Origin: Myxococcota bacterium
GTDB lineage: Bacteria; Myxococcota_A; UBA9160; SZUA-336
Assembly: GCA_965247115.1 (NCBI GenBank)
Contig: CBDFGR010000002.1
Coordinates: 1,120,001-1,184,000 of the forward strand
Reading direction: 5' to 3'
DNA: 64,000 nt
Below, in pieces: positions 63,115 through 64,000 of this stretch (the stretch's first letter is position 1; the number at the start of each line of letters is the position of its first letter). The notes under the pieces were generated by a model that made no database searches, had not been told where the DNA came from, and saw only the letters and a list, made by a program, of their open reading frames with translations. The position numbers were made by a program, and so were the translations under genes.

Positions 63115-64000
63115 CTAGTCGTCGTCCGAGTCATCTTCCGCGGCGTCGTCGGAGTCGATCTCCGAGTCGTCGTCCGAGTCGGTGTCCGAGTCGGTGTCCG
63201 AGTCGTCGTCCGAGTCGGTGTCGGAGTCCTCGGAGCCATCCGAGTCCTCCGCGTCGTCAGAGACGTCGGTCTCGTCGTCGGAGTCGTCGTCGGAGTCATC
63301 TGTGTCGTCTGGGCCCTCGGCCGGGTCGCCATCCGTTCCCATGCTCGAGCTGCCTTCCGAGTCACCGTCGGAGTCGTCATCGGAGTCCAGCGCCTTCGCT
63401 GGACGGACTGACTCGTCGCCAGGCTCCTGCGGCGCGGAGCGCTCGCGAGGCGCAGCGTGCTCCTCCCGCTCCTCGGACCGGGCACGGAGTGAAATCCAGC
63501 CACCCCGCTCCTCGTCCTCGAAGTCGATCTGCAGCGCGGCGACACGGTGGCCGGCGTGGAGCCTGCCGCTCACCCGGACGCGGACACCCCCGTCGACGCG
63601 CGGCAACTGCCGCCGCTCCTCGTCTTCCAGCTCTGACAGATCCACTTCCAGCCCGTGGAGCCGGAAGAAGCCATTGCGGCGCCTGTCCGTCGCGTAGCCC
63701 TCAACAGAGATCTCCTCGAGAGGGGCGGAGAACAGCTCCTCAGGTTCGGGGCGGACGTGCACGGCACGCAGCTTCCCTCGCTCCCAGAGTCCCGAGACGA
63801 TCACCCTCTTCCCAGGTGCGATGGCCGATACCTCGGGGAGGAAACCGAGCCTCAGGCGTGCCAGCCGGAACGCCCCTGACTCGACCTTGGTGACGGGTCC
63901 TGAGAGCCGGACCTCGCGCTGGGGCGGGCCACGCTCGAGCCTCGACGCGACGATGACGCCGTCGCCCCTGCGCAATCCGCTCACGCGGACGAAGTCACCC
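63115..64000 (-). CDS. DUF5666-like domain protein with acidic Asp/Ser tail (5' end outside the window)
   Basis: Repeated G..V.V.G beta modules followed by about 90 aa of D/S/T-rich sequence. Confidence 0.7.
   Translation of the reverse strand, partial: GDFVRVSGLRRGDGVIVASRLERGPPQREVRLSGPVTKVESGAFRLARLRLGFLPEVSAIAPGKRVIVSGLWERGKLRAVHVRPEPEELFSAPLEEISVEGYATDRRRNGFFRLHGLEVDLSELEDEERRQLPRVDGGVRVRVSGRLHAGHRVAALQIDFEDEERGGWISLRARSEEREEHAAPRERSAPQEPGDESVRPAKALDSDDDSDGDSEGSSSMGTDGDPAEGPDDTDDSDDDSDDETDVSDDAEDSDGSEDSDTDSDDDSDTDSDTDSDDDSEIDSDDAAEDDSDDD
63118..63390. repeat. Low-complexity 12-bp-unit repeats encoding DSDD/DSDT
   Basis: Recurring GTCGGTGTCCGA / GTCGTCGTCCGA units. Confidence 0.85.

Overview
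GC-rich bacterial DNA; the gene content resembles Myxococcota or related deltaproteobacterial lineages, which is my inference and not a database result. The window has two parts. (1) About 1-21.8 kb is a surface-glycan locus: GT2 glycosyltransferases, an NDP-sugar dehydratase, a Wzm/Wzt exporter, an alkaline-phosphatase-superfamily membrane transferase, an ankyrin/sugar O-methyltransferase fusion and a radical SAM/SPASM protein. It contains a complete, translationally coupled methylphosphonate (MPn) biosynthesis operon: TagF-like transferase, pepM fused to a nucleotidyltransferase, ppd, a second nucleotidyltransferase, mpnS and a phosphonoacetaldehyde reductase. The mpnS product has the 2-His-1-Gln triad and the Phe/Ile residues diagnostic of MPn synthase. 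This points to an MPn-decorated, ABC-exported glycan and offers candidates for the poorly understood MPn activation and transfer steps. (2) About 21.8-64 kb is mostly metabolic genes. Highlights are a RuBisCO-like protein plus cupin pair (MTA-isoprenoid shunt type), an SxtI/J/K-like carbamoyltransferase module opposite a GT-C enzyme, a eukaryote-type ether-lipid operon (AGPS, FAR-acyltransferase fusion, SDR), a stand-alone ketosynthase with a large insertion, a transformylase-only PurH and ino1. Many genes there look leaderless, and two may start at ATC. I found no rRNA, complete tRNA, CRISPR array or transposase. All family calls come from motif recognition without database searches.
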